DNA from: Octopus vulgaris
Lineage: Eukaryota
Assembly: GCA_951406725.2 (NCBI GenBank)
Contig: OX597826.1
Coordinates: forward strand, 68,138,001-68,202,000
Direction: 5' to 3'
DNA: 64,000 bases
The translations under genes were made by a program, and so were the position numbers. Positions 38,887-53,237 of the stretch are shown in pieces (the stretch's first letter is position 1; each line of letters opens with the position of its first letter). Under the pieces are notes generated by a model. It did not search any database. It saw only the letters and a program-made list of their open reading frames with translations, and had not been told where the DNA came from.

Positions 38887-39744
38887 CATGGTGCGGAGAA
38901 TAAATTGCCGTCTAAATTACGCAAAAATGAAAATGGCACTGACGTCTCATTTTAAAAGATATATTTACCAAAATTTCATAAAAATATCCTGAAATACTAC
39001 AGAGTAAATTTATTCAAAAGAATCGCAATTCACTTCAATCTTGGCCTCCAGATGTTTTCAGAATTTTTTGCAACACATCTGAACGATCTCCTTGGTTAAG
39101 TTGGTGAAAGATGCCATGATCCTTGCCTTTAGTTCATCGTTGGTGTTTCGAGGAGTTTTGTTTCTCTCTCGCTCAACAGCGCCCCACATATAATAATCAC
39201 GAGGGTTGCAATTTCAGGAGTTAAGCGGTCAGATGTTAGGGGTGACGTGGTCGAAGAAATTGGTTGATAGCCATAACCGGGTTCTCCTGCTCATGTGGCA
39301 TGGTGCTGAATCTTGTGGCCAGACAGGGTCGTCCAGCAGACCCCACCCTTGAACCAGGGCAACGCTACCTGCTCCATGCACTTGATGTAGGAATCTATGT
39401 TGAGTCTGAGGCCGTGTGGGAAGTTGAATGGAGGCATAATGTCGGCATCACTAGTGATCACTCCAAACACCATGATGTTCACTGGACGTTTGATTTTTAT
39501 CACTCTTGGTACGTCCTCAGATTGCACTGTCCTCCGACTAACACCCAATCACATTGAAATGTTCATATTAGAGCTTCCAACGCGAAGACCAAGCAGTACA
39601 TCATGTCATTTGCAAATTTTCGGCGGAGCCAATTGCGTAATGGTGCTGTTTTATACTGTGTAGTCAACAAAATTAAACACAAAATCAATGCCCATGCAAG
39701 AAATTAACAATATCAAATGGCGACAATTTACCCATCGTAACCTT
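38887..39744 (-). mobile_element. internally deleted DD37D (maT-type) Tc1/mariner element
   Basis: TA-flanked TIRs (CATGGTGCGGAGAATAAATTGCCGTC versus reverse complement AAGGTTACGATGGGTAAATTGTCGCC). Minus-strand IMVFGVI...QDSAPCH...NCNPRDYYMWG has 37 codons between the two Asp residues. Confidence 0.85.
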
Positions 39745-39753
39745 TATATATAT

Positions 39754-39818
<65 letters not shown>

Positions 39819-39883
39819 GTATATGTATACATGTATGTATGTATATATATATATGCATATCTATATATATGTATATGAATATA

Positions 39884-39949
<66 letters not shown>

Positions 39950-40390
39950 CATCCACTTACAGATAATGATGAACATATTGTTACGCTTACACACACACAC
40001 ACACATATATATAAGTATGCATCCATATACCATATATATATGCGTGTGGGTGTGTGTGTGTATATATAAATCATCCGCACAAATAACTAATTAGAAGACA
40101 ATCACTTCACTTTAATAAATGCCTTTTTTACGTAAAGATATATTTTCAAAAAGTGAGATCATATATAATTTTCAAAAATGTAGAATTGTTGAAAAAAATT
40201 AACAAAATTAAATAATGATTGATGGTAACGGAACTGTCCGTCTTTTACTGTTGGCACATTGGTAGAATTTCTGGAAATGATCAATAACTTTCGCTAAATT
40301 TGACTTCGGTGATAAGTAAAGATTCTTCAATTCAGTGAAGTTTCTCTTTGAAAATTCGAGAGGAGAAATTTATAGATTTGAGTGTGTATG

Positions 40391-40425
<35 letters not shown>

Positions 40426-40545
40426 ATGTATGTCTGTGAGCATGTATACATGCACATACACGCACATACACGCAAACAGACATATTGTGTTCGTACGTAT
40501 GTATATATATATATATATATTATATCAATATATATCAATGCATGT

Positions 40546-40596
<51 letters not shown>

Positions 40597-40610
40597 AAAA
40601 GATAGTCATA

Positions 40611-40658
<48 letters not shown>

Positions 40659-40786
40659 CATATATATATAGTGAGAGAGATAGTCATCTATATATATACA
40701 TATATATATTTATGAATATATGTGTGTATATATATGTATGTGTGTATGTGCATATATATATATGCATATACACATACATACATACA

Positions 40787-40820
<34 letters not shown>

Positions 40821-41127
40821 CGTACGTACATGGGAGCGTGTATCTGCGAATATAAGTGCGTGCTTGTGAAAGAGAGAAATTTTCAACTGTCACTTTTTAA
40901 AAACATTTTATTCAGACTTTTATAAAGAGTATTTTTCTATTTCCTCCTTCCTGTATGCGTCTCTCTCCCTCTCCGTATCCTCCTCTTTCTGTCTCTCTCT
41001 CTATATGTATGTACGCTTCTATGTATGCGCATACGCACGTATACATACATTCACATGCATACATATATAAATATATGTGTATATATATATACATATATAT
41101 ATATACATATACATATATATATGTATG

Positions 41128-41177
<50 letters not shown>

Positions 41178-41984
41178 CATACATATATATATATATATAC
41201 ATACATATATAAATATATCAATATATATATATATCTATATATATATATGCATATAGATACACACACACACACATATATATGTATGTATATGTCTTTATAT
41301 ATACACACACGCAAGCACATATATATGTATAGATATACGCATACACAATTCTACTTCTTTCGAGATGATTCTCTGAGTCTCTCTCTTTAACGATTCCTCA
41401 TATTATCTCCTTCTCTCTCTCTCTCCTACTCTGTCTCTCCCAACCTCTTTCAATTGCGTATTTCGCACTCGCTACTTCTCAGTGATTCGATATTTTGGGT
41501 ATAGTTTAGTTTAGTTCCTGTGATGAGTAATAATTCCTGGTTTGTTTGAAGAAGCAGAAAACTGCTATATTGATGCGAAAATGCTAAATCAGGAATGAAA
41601 GATGGAGAGAATTTTGGTCAAATAAATGAAAAAAAAAACAAAAAAAAAGAAAAGAAAAGAAAAGAAAAGAAGGGAAGACTAACATGAGTTCTTCTTCAGA
41701 ACGTCTATTTTTATTTCTTTAGAACTGATTCAAGAATATATACACATACGCACGCATACACACACAGACCCATGCGCGTGCATGCACACTTGTAACCACA
41801 CACGCGCGCAAACACACCACAGAATGTAATGCTACGTTTATGTGCAAAATCATAAATTCAAACTGAGACACATATATACCAGCGCGTATCAATATTTGTG
41901 TGTATGCTTGTATGTATACACATACACACACACACAGATATATATGTATGTGTGTGTGTGTGTATGTGTGTTTGTCTGTGTATG

Positions 41985-42025
<41 letters not shown>

Positions 42026-42669
42026 ATATATATATATATCTATATATATATATATATGCATTTATGTATTTACTTATATATGCATGATTTGTACATATAC
42101 GTTTATATCTTTATTATTATATATACACACAAGACCCACACATACATACGCACACACACACGTACACGCATACATATGCACATATATATATACTATTTGA
42201 ACAACAACAACAACAAAAACAACAACAACAATAATGATAAAATCAAAATAGATAAATCCATAACTATACCAAACTCTGCGTTGATAGAATTCTTATGAAA
42301 CTTTGGATTTTATTGTGAATTTCCTTCAATATTTGCTTAGGTTTTCGTTCGGTGAAAATTCTGTTTCCGATTGTGTAACTCAGTTTCTGCTGATCTCCGT
42401 TATTTTCCGCCGTCTCCTCTTCTTCCATATTGATGTTCTTGTTATATTGTTGTCTTTGTAGACGCCGCTGTCACTGCCCGTGTGGTCGTTGTGGTTGTTG
42501 TTGTTGTTCTTGTTGTTGTTCTTGTTCTTGTTATTAAGTCAAGATTATCCCTCAGTTACAATCAAATCATTTCATCAATATGTATCCTATCTTTTACTCA
42601 GGTATATTTTAACTACTAATACAGTTATTTTACTTCCGTTTTTCAAAAAAAAAAAAAACGGTAAACATA

Positions 42670-43037
42670 CGTGTAGGAGTGGCTGTGTGGTAAGTAGATT
42701 GCTTACCAGCCAGATGGTTCCGAGTTCAGTCCCACATCGGAAAATATATATGTATATATTTATGTGTGCGTATATATGTTTGTGTGTCTGTGTTTGTCCC
42801 CCCCCCCAACATCGTTTGACAACCGATGCTGGTGTGTTTACGTCCCCCCCCAACATCGTTTGACAACCGATGCTGGTGTGTTTACGTCCCCGTAACTTAG
42901 CGTTTTGGCAAAAGAAACCGGTAGAATAAGTACTAGGCTTACAGAGCATAAGTCCTGGGGTCGATTTACTCGACTAAAGGCGGAGCTGCAGCATAGCCAC
43001 AGTCAAATGACTGAAACATGTAAAAGAGTAAAAGAGT
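42670..43037 (+). mobile_element. family A SINE with internal deletion and an about 44-bp tandem duplication
   Basis: Left arm truncated after CAGTCCCAC; CCCCAACATCGTTTGACAACCGATGCTGGTGTGTTTACGT occurs twice. Confidence 0.85.
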
Positions 43038-43729
43038 GATTTAAATAGAAGTTAGCTGCTATTTTTAGCTAGACCAATGTCCGGCCGGAAACTCACATGT
43101 TGGCTGTAGCTATTGGGGTTTGTGAAAATTAATTCTGAGATAATAACAAACCGCCGTGAAATCAGTCGCCATCAGTTCATATTTTGCTGCTGACATTCAC
43201 GCATCACTGAACTTTTTGATTAAAGATTTAGCGAACTATCAATGATCCAATACACGAAGCTAAAATATCCATAGTTGCTATATATTTTTATGTATACTTT
43301 TCTTTTATTTTTTTACTTGAGCCCTAGGAATCCTAAGGCCGGTTACCTTGTCTCCTTAGTGTGACCGCAGAGATCAATACAATCCTTTGACGGCTCACCA
43401 GTCTGGTGATCCAGCAGATTTGAGGGGATAAGACGAGTAGACTACGTCCATAAATACTTTAATCTCGACTAATATTTCAATTTACTTGGCTAATACTTTA
43501 TTTTATCGTCTTCTAGGGAATTGAGCTCAGAGTTTAAAGATCCGGAAAAAATGCCACTATTTACTTTTTTCCGAACTCCTAACGATTATGTTAGCTCACA
43601 GACTTCCGATAGAACATATCTCCTCAAGATGCTCGGTGTTAGCACTTAGTAAAATCCTGGTGGAAACTTAATCCTCGACTGTATCCTACAGCAAAATATT
43701 AACAGTAACATCGTTACCATTGACGTATC

Positions 43730-43775
<46 letters not shown>

Positions 43776-43786
43776 AATCTTTATCA

Positions 43787-43861
<75 letters not shown>

Positions 43862-44642
43862 AATCTCTATCAATCTATCTATCTAGTAAGTTAGCGACGG
43901 AAATTCAGCTCCCTATAAATCCCTGTAAACATTGAGTCTTCGTTGAAAATTTTAGCAGCTGCCTTTGAATCCTCCACCAATCCGATTTCACTTCTTCTGT
44001 CAACATCTTCCACAATACTTTTAAATATCAAAAGGGAAGAAAAAAAGCTTCCAGTATTCGATGTCGTACCATCAATTTCCATATATGGTTTAACGTTCCC
44101 CATTGGCTTTCGTGTATTTCCGCAGATCTTTCCTGAAATTCGATATTATCCGTTGGTAACTGTTCGATTTACTAAAATCAATATTATTCTAAGGCATATT
44201 TGTCTCTTCATTTTCACTGTTTCTCGCCGTTTTCCTTCTTTTCTCACGTATTCTTTGTCGATATCCATTGATACTCGGACATGTCCATGTATCTTTGTCG
44301 CCAATGTTCTTTTTATTATTTGCCACTGATACCCGGCGTTCGCTTTCTAAGTTTGTTTACTCCAATCGATACATATGATTATAAGCCAATGATAAAACCT
44401 TTTTCAGTCGTTGAAACTGCTGGAAATAGCAGTGAAATATCGTCCAAATTGCAACATAGTGTTTTCAGAAAGTGGGTATACACGGTTAATGTAATCTTAG
44501 ACGAGAAAATTAGGGTTTTGAACTAAGAATGGAACTTCCATCATAAGTCTATTTAATTACGGGTAATCTGCATATAATCTACACCAGCCTACTGCTAACT
44601 CTGCAACTACTACTAACAGCAGCAGCAGCAGCAGTAGCAGCC

Positions 44643-44833
44643 GTTCAAGAATTTGGACCTGGAGATCTCCATTTCCGGCGACTTCGAGGACCACCTCCCA
44701 GTGGTGTCGGGCGTCAACGAAGAGCCCTTGACTACAACAAGACGACCAAAGTTTTTTCTTTCCAAGGTCTGGGGTATCCCGCCCCTGAGCCCTAGGCCAT
44801 CACCTAATCACCCTTACCCGTCTTGTTGCTTAA
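44643..44833 (+). mobile_element. unclassified about 190-bp repeat (family F)
   Basis: Inverted homolog at 59752-59942 with the same ends. Confidence 0.8.
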
Positions 44834-44857
44834 AAAGAAGAAGAAGAAGAACAACAG

Positions 44858-44904
<47 letters not shown>

Positions 44905-45009
44905 GCTGCTACTGCTGCTGCTGCTGTTGTTGCTGCTGTAGCATCAACATCAACTGCATCAACATTAATAACAACAGGGATATGTAGCTAACCTTTAGAG
45001 TAACTGAAT

Positions 45010-46050
45010 AAAATGTCCCCTCACACTGCAGAGGAACGAACAATTTGCCTTCTGTTAGCGGCCGGACATTCTGTAAACGTATACAGTATCCCAATTCAGA
45101 AAAGACGCGCTACTTTTGGTTACAATATTATTGTTTCGTAAGAGTGTATTGTCGAGTTCGTATTTTCTCCGAAGACAAAGGAATGCTTCTCTTGTCATCG
45201 GCTCTATATCAGAGAAGCAGGTATGACGGAGCGATTTGGAAGAATGTTAACGAAGTTCCATCCCAATGCAAAGCACCTTGTGCAAATGTGATTGGTGATA
45301 TACTGAAGTGAAGCAAAGACATATAAGAGAATTTGAGTAGATATAAAATATGTGTAAAACCTCCGTGGCCGACTTAGATGTTTTTCAATAGGTTTAATTC
45401 GTCCGCATATTTAATACCTGTATTTGGGTTTTCTCGGATGCAACACTTGATAACAATTCGACTTAGGACTTATAAACCATTAGCCGTAACTTATCTCTCC
45501 CTTTCTTCCCCCTTAGTCTTGTAAGTTATCGTTCATCTCCGCAGCAGTGCATTCATTGATAAAAGAAAAGAAGAATGACTGGAACGTCGATTAATTTTTA
45601 CACTTCTCCGTATCATTGTATAATAATCTGAATAATAATGAGAGGCTTAGGAGAAAATTAGTGGAGTATAATTTGACAACTTACCATATTTCATGACATG
45701 AAACACGTTCGAGCATATCAGACCCAACCCGGATTCATCCGCATATATTCATGGGAAAATAAGCGTCAGGGACATTATTAGATGATAGTAGGTTCAACTT
45801 CGCATATAAAGCTTGCAGTGACATTTTAAGAGATTTTGTTTGAGAAAAGATTGTCTTATAAGCCATCAAGTGCAGTAACAAATTCGTAAGTTCTGTATGA
45901 TACGTCATAAAGCAGATCCATAACCGAAACCACTTCAGTTGTGATTATCCTATTCTGGAAGTATCTTGTACTAACATTATCTAATATAGTCCGGACTGAG
46001 ATAAAAGAGCATGGTGAGTGACTATGTTGATTTATCTTTGAAGGCCGAGG
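45010..46050 (-). pseudogene. possible ancient CR1/L2-type RT remnant
   Basis: Only faint motif echoes in the expected order (DNHN*SGFGYGS, VTALD); not verifiable by eye. Confidence 0.3.
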
Positions 46051-46679
46051 GAATCCTGAATAACTGGCGAAAGCGCCCTTAGATTGTAAAGTATTGAATT
46101 TCGAATTCTGAGTTGGGGGCACGTGATCTCCTTTCGAAAAAGAAGATTTCAATTTCGATTCTCAGTTTCCTACTTTTACTTTCATCTTAAATCTCCAAGT
46201 ATTTCGCCACATCTGTTATAGTTTTCCGATTTCTTCCCCTCTACACACCTACACTCTCATAAACAAGTAAAAAAAAAAAATCATTATTATTAATATCATT
46301 TCATCGTGACTATTATTATATTATTATCTTTATTAGCTTATCGACACCAAAAACGGAATTAATAATTCTTTGTTTTCTTGTTTTCTTTTCCGGTATTTGA
46401 AACGAACCTATATGTTCTGATTTTAGTTCAAAGACAACTCAATAAGGAGAAATTGAAAGAAAACAAATGGCAAACAAAGAAAGAACAAGAAGAACAATAA
46501 TGGCAAAACATTTAATAAATATGAACAAACAAAAAAGACCGAAACGAACCTAATGTTTTTTTTTTTATTTTGTAGTTCTCTTAGTGGGTGTACGGTGTGT
46601 TGTGGTGGTGATTGTGTTTGAGTTATTACATGATAAGAATGGTGGTTTCGTTCGGGGCGGCCATATTCATAACTGCATA

Positions 46680-46778
46680 GAAGTAGTAGTAGTGGTGGTA
46701 GTAGTAGTAGTAGTAGTATTTGTAGTGGTAGTAGTTTTATTATTAGTAGTTGTAGTAGTAGTAATGGTAGTAATAGTT

Positions 46779-46829
<51 letters not shown>

Positions 46830-46946
46830 ACACGTGAAGTGGTGGCTGTTAGGTGCAGTTATTGTGTTCTAACGAACGGCGACCATGAAGTGTTAGCCTA
46901 TTTTCATAGCTGTAATATAGAATAGTAGTAGTAGTAGTATTAGTAT

Positions 46947-46999
<53 letters not shown>

Positions 47000-47131
47000 T
47001 AGTAGTAGTAGTATAGTAGTAGTAGTATAGTAGTAGTATTAGTAGTAGTATAGTAGTAGTATCAGTAGTAATAATAGTAGTAGTAGTATAGTAGTAGTAG
47101 TAGTAGTAGTATAGTAGTATTAGTAGTATTT

Positions 47132-47173
<42 letters not shown>

Positions 47174-47436
47174 GTAGTATAGTAGTATAGTAGTATAGTA
47201 GTAGTATAGTAGTAGTAGTACTATAGTAGTAATAGTAGTATAGTAGTAGTAGTAGCAGCAGCAGTAGTGTAGCAGTAACAGCGTTGTTGTTGTTGGTGTT
47301 GGTAGTCATGTTGGTGCCGACTGCCCAAGGTGAGCATTGCTAGGTATTGGTGGTTGCACCAGTTATGTTGTGCAAGCGACAGTTCTACTGCTGGTTGTGT
47401 TGTTCTGCTTGTTGCTATTGAATATGTAATATAGAA

Positions 47437-47489
<53 letters not shown>

Positions 47490-47490
47490 A
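46680..47490. repeat. (AGT)n microsatellite field
   Basis: Directly visible. Confidence 0.93.
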
Positions 47491-47624
47491 TAAGTGATGT
47501 TATTGTGTCAGTCTTTGTACTTGCCGCATTTTAATAAAGACGTAAATTGTTCAATGTGATCAATTAGATGCAATCCGGACAACAGACACACATACGCACA
47601 TACACACACACACACACACGCATA

Positions 47625-47675
<51 letters not shown>

Positions 47676-47722
47676 GTATATGAATAAATGTATAGATGTA
47701 CAATACACTCATACTTCATACT

Positions 47723-47766
<44 letters not shown>

Positions 47767-47780
47767 TATATATACATATA

Positions 47781-47868
<88 letters not shown>

Positions 47869-47917
47869 GTGTATATAATATATATAATATGTATACATTT
47901 ATATATAAACACATATA

Positions 47918-50858
47918 GGAAACGCATCTTGAACCCGATATAGGTGATGCAGAAATACACATGCCGCAATATGCAGTCATACGCACAGATAGAAAAGGGA
48001 GGAGCCATGGTGGAGTTGCAATGTACATCCGAGATGACCTCACGCCCCAGGTCCTGCTGTCATATTCAAACTCAGTATGTGAAACTCAAATTGTACACAT
48101 AAGACAACTGAATATCGTCATATGCACTACATATCGCCCACCAGACGCCCCAAAACACTCAGGCATGTTTGAAGACTGCCTAACAAAAATAGGAGAAGTC
48201 CTCACCAACCTTGAACAGCACAACAGTGTATTCTTCATGGGTGACTTTAACCTCCCCAATGTGGAATGGCCTGGGGGCAGATGCTCCCAGGGATGACACA
48301 CCATCAGCAGGCACAGGTGGAGTCCCTGCTCCATCTCACAAATACCTCTTTCATGGAGCAAATAGTTCTGCAACCAACAAGGGCAGATAATATACTGGAT
48401 CTCTGCTTTACAAACAATATGGATATTATCCATAATGTTAATGTGATGCCGACAATGATCTCGGATCACAACATAATAGAGCTGTCTACGTATGGAACAA
48501 AAGCCCCCGCAGACACACAGCCTATACGAAGCACCCACCATCTCTCCAACTTAAACTTTCATAAAGCCAACTGGAAGTCGATTGAGAAAGAGATCCTCAA
48601 ACAGGATTGGCCTGAATGTCTCTCCACACCGGACATAAACATGAAACACAAACACTTCATGTCCATAATACAAGCCATATGTGACAAATATGTCCCAATG
48701 TGCAGGGCCAGCACACACAAGAATAAAAACAGGATCCCTAGAGAAAGGAGGATTCTTATGAGACGACGGACAAGGATTGCAAACCGCCTGAGCAAGCACA
48801 CCAAAAGTGGTGAGAAGTCTCGGCTCGAAAGAATGCTAATGGAAACTGAGAAAAGTCTACATCAGTCCCATGAAAAGGAGAGAGCAGATAAAGAAGCTTG
48901 GGTAATAGAAAATATAAAATCAAACCCTAAAGCTTTCTTTAAGTTTGCCAAAGAGACAGCCACAGTGCACCAGAGAATAGGACCTCTTCCAAAAAGATGG
49001 CTCTCTCACAGGAAATCCCACGAGGATAAGTGAAATACTGAACGAACAGTTCCAAAGTGTATTCACTACACCTCTAGGACACAGGCAAGTAAACAACCCA
49101 GAAGAATTCTTTGCCACTTTACCAGCGGCCAAAGAGACAAAAATTGAGTACATCAACATCGAAGAAGATGATATCACACTAGCCATTGATGAGATTGACA
49201 CAAACTCAGCTGCTGGACCTGATGGATTCCCAGCGATCCTTCTCAAATCGTGCAAACGAGCCCTTGCAAAACCGCTACAGCTTCTTTTTCAGAGCTTTCT
49301 TGCAAGTGGTAAGCTCCCAGTCAAACTGAAAGAGGGGGTAATATGCCCTATCCATAAGGGAGGTAGCAGAGCAGATGCTAAAAATTATAGGCCTATCTCT
49401 CTGACCTCACACATCAGCAAAGTCATGGAACGAATAGTCCGTAAGAAACTAATCATGTTCCTTGAAGAAAATGACTTACTGTCTGACACCCAGCATGGAT
49501 TTCGACCAGGTAGAGGCTGCCTAACACAGCTCCTGCAACACTATGACTGGGTGTTGAAACAGCTACTAAATGGCTCAAATGTGGATGTAATATATCTTGA
49601 CTTTGCAAAAGCCTTTGATAAAGTCGACCATGGTATGATCTGTCACAAACTGCGTGGTCTCGGCATAGGCGGGAAACTTGGAGAGTGGCTGCACAACTTC
49701 CTAAAAGACAGAAAACAGGCAGTTGTGAGCAATGGAGCCACCTCCAGGGAAACGCAAATAACAAGCGGTGTCCCACAGGGCACTGTCTTGGGGCCACTGA
49801 TGTTCATAGTGGCCCTTTCAGACATGCCTTCAGTTGCTACGATGACCACCCTTGCTAGCTATGCAGATGACACAAAGGTCTCCCACGCAATACAGAACCC
49901 TGAAAATATTGCGCATCTGCAACATGAGCTGGACACAATATACAGGTGGGCTGAGGACAACAACATGCAGTTTAATGCAGGTAAGTTCCAGGCCCTGCGC
50001 TACTGGCACACAAAGGTAAATGACGTGAAGACTGGATACACTGGCCCAGGAAGAATTGCAATCCCTGAGTCAAAATCAGTGCGTGACCTGGGCATTGACA
50101 TGAGCAATGATGCATCTTTCCAAATGCATATTGCTAATCTGGTGATAAAATGCAGACGGCTAGCTGGATGGATTCTCCGAACTTTCAGAACAAGAGAGAA
50201 GGAGACACTGATGGTCCTATGGAAAACATTTGTCCTCAGCCGCTTGGACTACTGCTCCCAACTTTGGTCACCACACAATATAAAACAAACAGCAGAACTC
50301 GAAGCAACTCAGAGAAGCTACACAAAGAAAATCGTCTCAATGCAAAATGTCAGCTACTGGGAAAGACTGAAGGTATTAAACCTCTTCTCCCTGGAGCGGA
50401 GGCGGGAGAGATATGCAGTAATATACATCTGGAAAATCCTGGAGGGTCTTGTCCCAAACTTTGGCATTCAAAGTTACTCCAACCGCAGAACGGGGCGCCG
50501 CTGCGTGGTGCCAAGGATTCCAACATCACCATCAAAATACAGGTCCAGATACTGCAACAGCTTGGGTTTCAGAGGACCACAGCTTTTCAACATCCTCCCT
50601 AAATGCCTGAGAGACTTACATGGTGTGGATGTGGGTTTCTTTAAAACTAAACTGGATCTCTTCTTGTTGGGAGTCCCAGATGAACCTACCTCACGACAGG
50701 AGACACGGATGCGGGCAGCAGCATCGAACTCCCTTGTTGATCAAGTGCCACGTATCAGAGGTGGATTCACAAACTAGTGTGGCTCATTCAGCGGTGGTGC
50801 CCCAGCATGGCCGCGGCCTTCGGGCTAAAACATTTTTAAGGATTTAAGGATTTAAGGA
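47918..50858 (+). mobile_element. CR1-group LINE, 5'-truncated within the endonuclease, young
   Basis: Nearly complete ORF2, short 3' UTR and a terminal (TTTAAGGA)x3 repeat. Confidence 0.95.
47919..50777 (+). pseudogene. LINE ORF2 (AP endonuclease plus reverse transcriptase) with two frameshifts (about 48285 and 48990)
   Basis: APE: ETHL, RTDR..GGVAMYI, YRPP, GDFNLP, LDLCFTN, SDHNII. RT: GPDG, NYRPISLTS, QHGFR, YLDFAKAFDKVDH, GVPQGTVLGP, YADD, RDLGI. The frame is open from about 48993 to 50777. Confidence 0.95.
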
Positions 50859-51024
50859 ATATATATCTATACGTATGCATGTAGGTATATGAATATGTAT
50901 TTATATATGTATGTGTATCTGTATGTATGTGTGTATGTATGAATGTATGTATGTGAGTCTGTGTATATCTACGCACATCTCACTATTTGAACTCTAAATC
51001 ATCTGTGGTTTGCATACAGGCATG

Positions 51025-51062
<38 letters not shown>

Positions 51063-51272
51063 AGTACATGTACACAAGCACGAGATTAGACATACATTCA
51101 CCTACGTTTTTATTGTTTGTGCGGAAAACCTGTAAGACAAACATTATATACACATTCTTATCTGGAGACAATTCGACGATCGAGCACAAATGCAACATAG
51201 TTTTTTTCAAATACATGGGAACAGGTAGTCACATGCACGTGCGCATACGCCACTCCCACCCCACCCCGCCCG

Positions 51273-51319
<47 letters not shown>

Positions 51320-51436
51320 CAGTAATGCATGTCTCAATCTATGTGTAGCGCGCGCGTTGGTATGTGCTTCTGTATATGTCTCAGGTTGTAAAACCAATTA
51401 TATTTCCGGCGGAAACTGCCGATACATCTACGTTCA

Positions 51437-51839
51437 TCTTTATATATAAAAGTGAAGTTGTGTGAGTGTCTGTCTCCTACGATTTAGATTCCTAACTACT
51501 CCCACATTTTGCGGTGCAGTTTAACCAAAACCGGGTATCTTATAGTCGTTATTCATACCGAGCCCTTCTGGGTATTAGCACGCGTCTATGATGGGTTTAC
51601 GATTTAAAAAAAAAATTACCATCAATTCTTCCCATTTTTAATGCATTTTTTTCGCTATTATATAAGGGACGTAACTCTCTAAAAATGTCTACGATGAGTC
51701 AACGATTTAAAAAAAAAATTACCATAATTTTTTTTCCATTTTTAATGCATTTTTTGCTATTTTGGGGCTATAACTCTCTAAAAATGCTTATATAGTTATT
51801 TCCCTTAAAAACCCGAGCAACGCCGGGCGATACTGCTAG
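51437..51839 (+). mobile_element. non-autonomous Helitron, about 400 bp
   Basis: A|TCTTTATATATAAAAG start, subterminal hairpin CCCGAGCAACGCCGGG, CTAG|T end, no TSD; internal about 100-bp duplication. Confidence 0.85.
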
Positions 51840-52359
51840 TTTTATATAATCTTGTTACTTTTTTTAGCTTTCCTTTCTTTCTTTTCTTCATAGCTCGTCT
51901 ATTTTATTTTACATCCCGATTCTAAGGACAGTGCGTTGATTCTTTAAAAAACTGACGCCTCTCACAACGTCTGTTCCTCGTTTTTGTCATTAAAAGTAGC
52001 GTGAATAAATCTTAAAAGACAAATACCTGTATTTAGCCCCATGGCGTGTGGTCCTTCGTTTTTATGCTTCATATTTTTACAACAGATATAATTTAATGCA
52101 TTAGTAAATCCATACTAATCCTTAAGCGTCATCAAAAACGTGTTGTTCAATAATTTTCTTATAGACAAAAATGTTGATTGAAATATGGTAAGCAAAAACA
52201 TTTTATTTTCTTCTGAATTTTATATTCAAAATATATTTTCTTCAAAGGATTTCTTTTACGAAATGCGCCAATAAGTTTTCTGTTTCTGCTATAGAAGGCC
52301 ACAAACAGATAAGCAAGTGTGAGTGACTAACACATAGGATGATAAACTAAAATGGGAAT

Positions 52360-52567
52360 ATTTCGTTTTTGGATTTGGTTTGCATGATTCTTTATATGAG
52401 TTTGTGTGTTGAAACATATTCTGTTGTGTCTGGGGAGAGTCATTTTCTTTTTGTAAGACACAGAAAATTTAAGGAGAATAAACATAAGAAATAAGTGGAA
52501 ATTTTACCGGTGAGTGTATTAAATTATCAGGCACAAAAAGAAAAGACTCTCCCCGGACACGACAGAA
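52360..52567. mobile_element. short insertion with internal inversion and 12-bp TSD
   Basis: TAAAATGGGAAT at 52348-52359 and 52568-52579; 37-bp inverted repeat at 52418-52454 / 52532-52568. Confidence 0.65.
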
Positions 52568-52634
52568 TAAAATGGGAATGATTTCCTGTTAGTACCAGAA
52601 TAAATATCGAAAATGAGACCCTTGGGCTTATAAT

Positions 52635-52845
52635 CCTTCTACTATAAGTACAAGACCTGAAATTTTGAGTGTAGGAGCTAATCAATTACATCTATCCAAG
52701 TTCGTAATTGGTACTTACTTCATTGACTCCAAAAAGGTGAAAGGCAAAGTCGAACTCTGCGCAATTTGAACTCAGAACATAGGGACGGACGCAGTGCCGC
52801 TAAGCATATTGCCGGCGTGCTAACAATTTTGGCAGCTCACCGCCT
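52635..52845 (-). mobile_element. family B SINE
   Basis: GTGAAAGGCAAAGTCGA...TTTGAACTCAGAAC...GGCAGCTCACCGCC. Confidence 0.8.
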
Positions 52846-53237
52846 CTTCTTGGGCCAATAAAGATATGTCTCGTAACCGTCTAAAATAAGTAACAGTGTT
52901 CACATCTTAGAAATCGTTGCCTCGCTGACAACTAACACATATATAATCATGGACCTGAAGTCGTTAAGCAAAGCGACCTTTCTTCCAAGCCAACCTTAGG
53001 CCTTGGACATACATATACTCTAGTCTAATACTTGCCATACAGGTCGGAAAAGAAAATTACTCAAATCACCTTTGTTATGTTCGGACTACGAGGAATGTTC
53101 AAGAATTTCCTGCTGGCTGTGATTTTTGCGATTATCTACCAGAATTCTTGTATTTGTTGTAGTTTTATAAGGTCCTACTTTTCGCAGGAATCTTTCTCAT
53201 TACTTGTATTCAGAGGAAAGTTAACATTTATATTGAT

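Noticed and set aside
49425-50777. Stand-alone 450-aa RT gene (retron, group II intron or domesticated RT)
   Set aside because: It is the 3' part of a frameshifted LINE ORF2 with an upstream AP endonuclease and a LINE tail.
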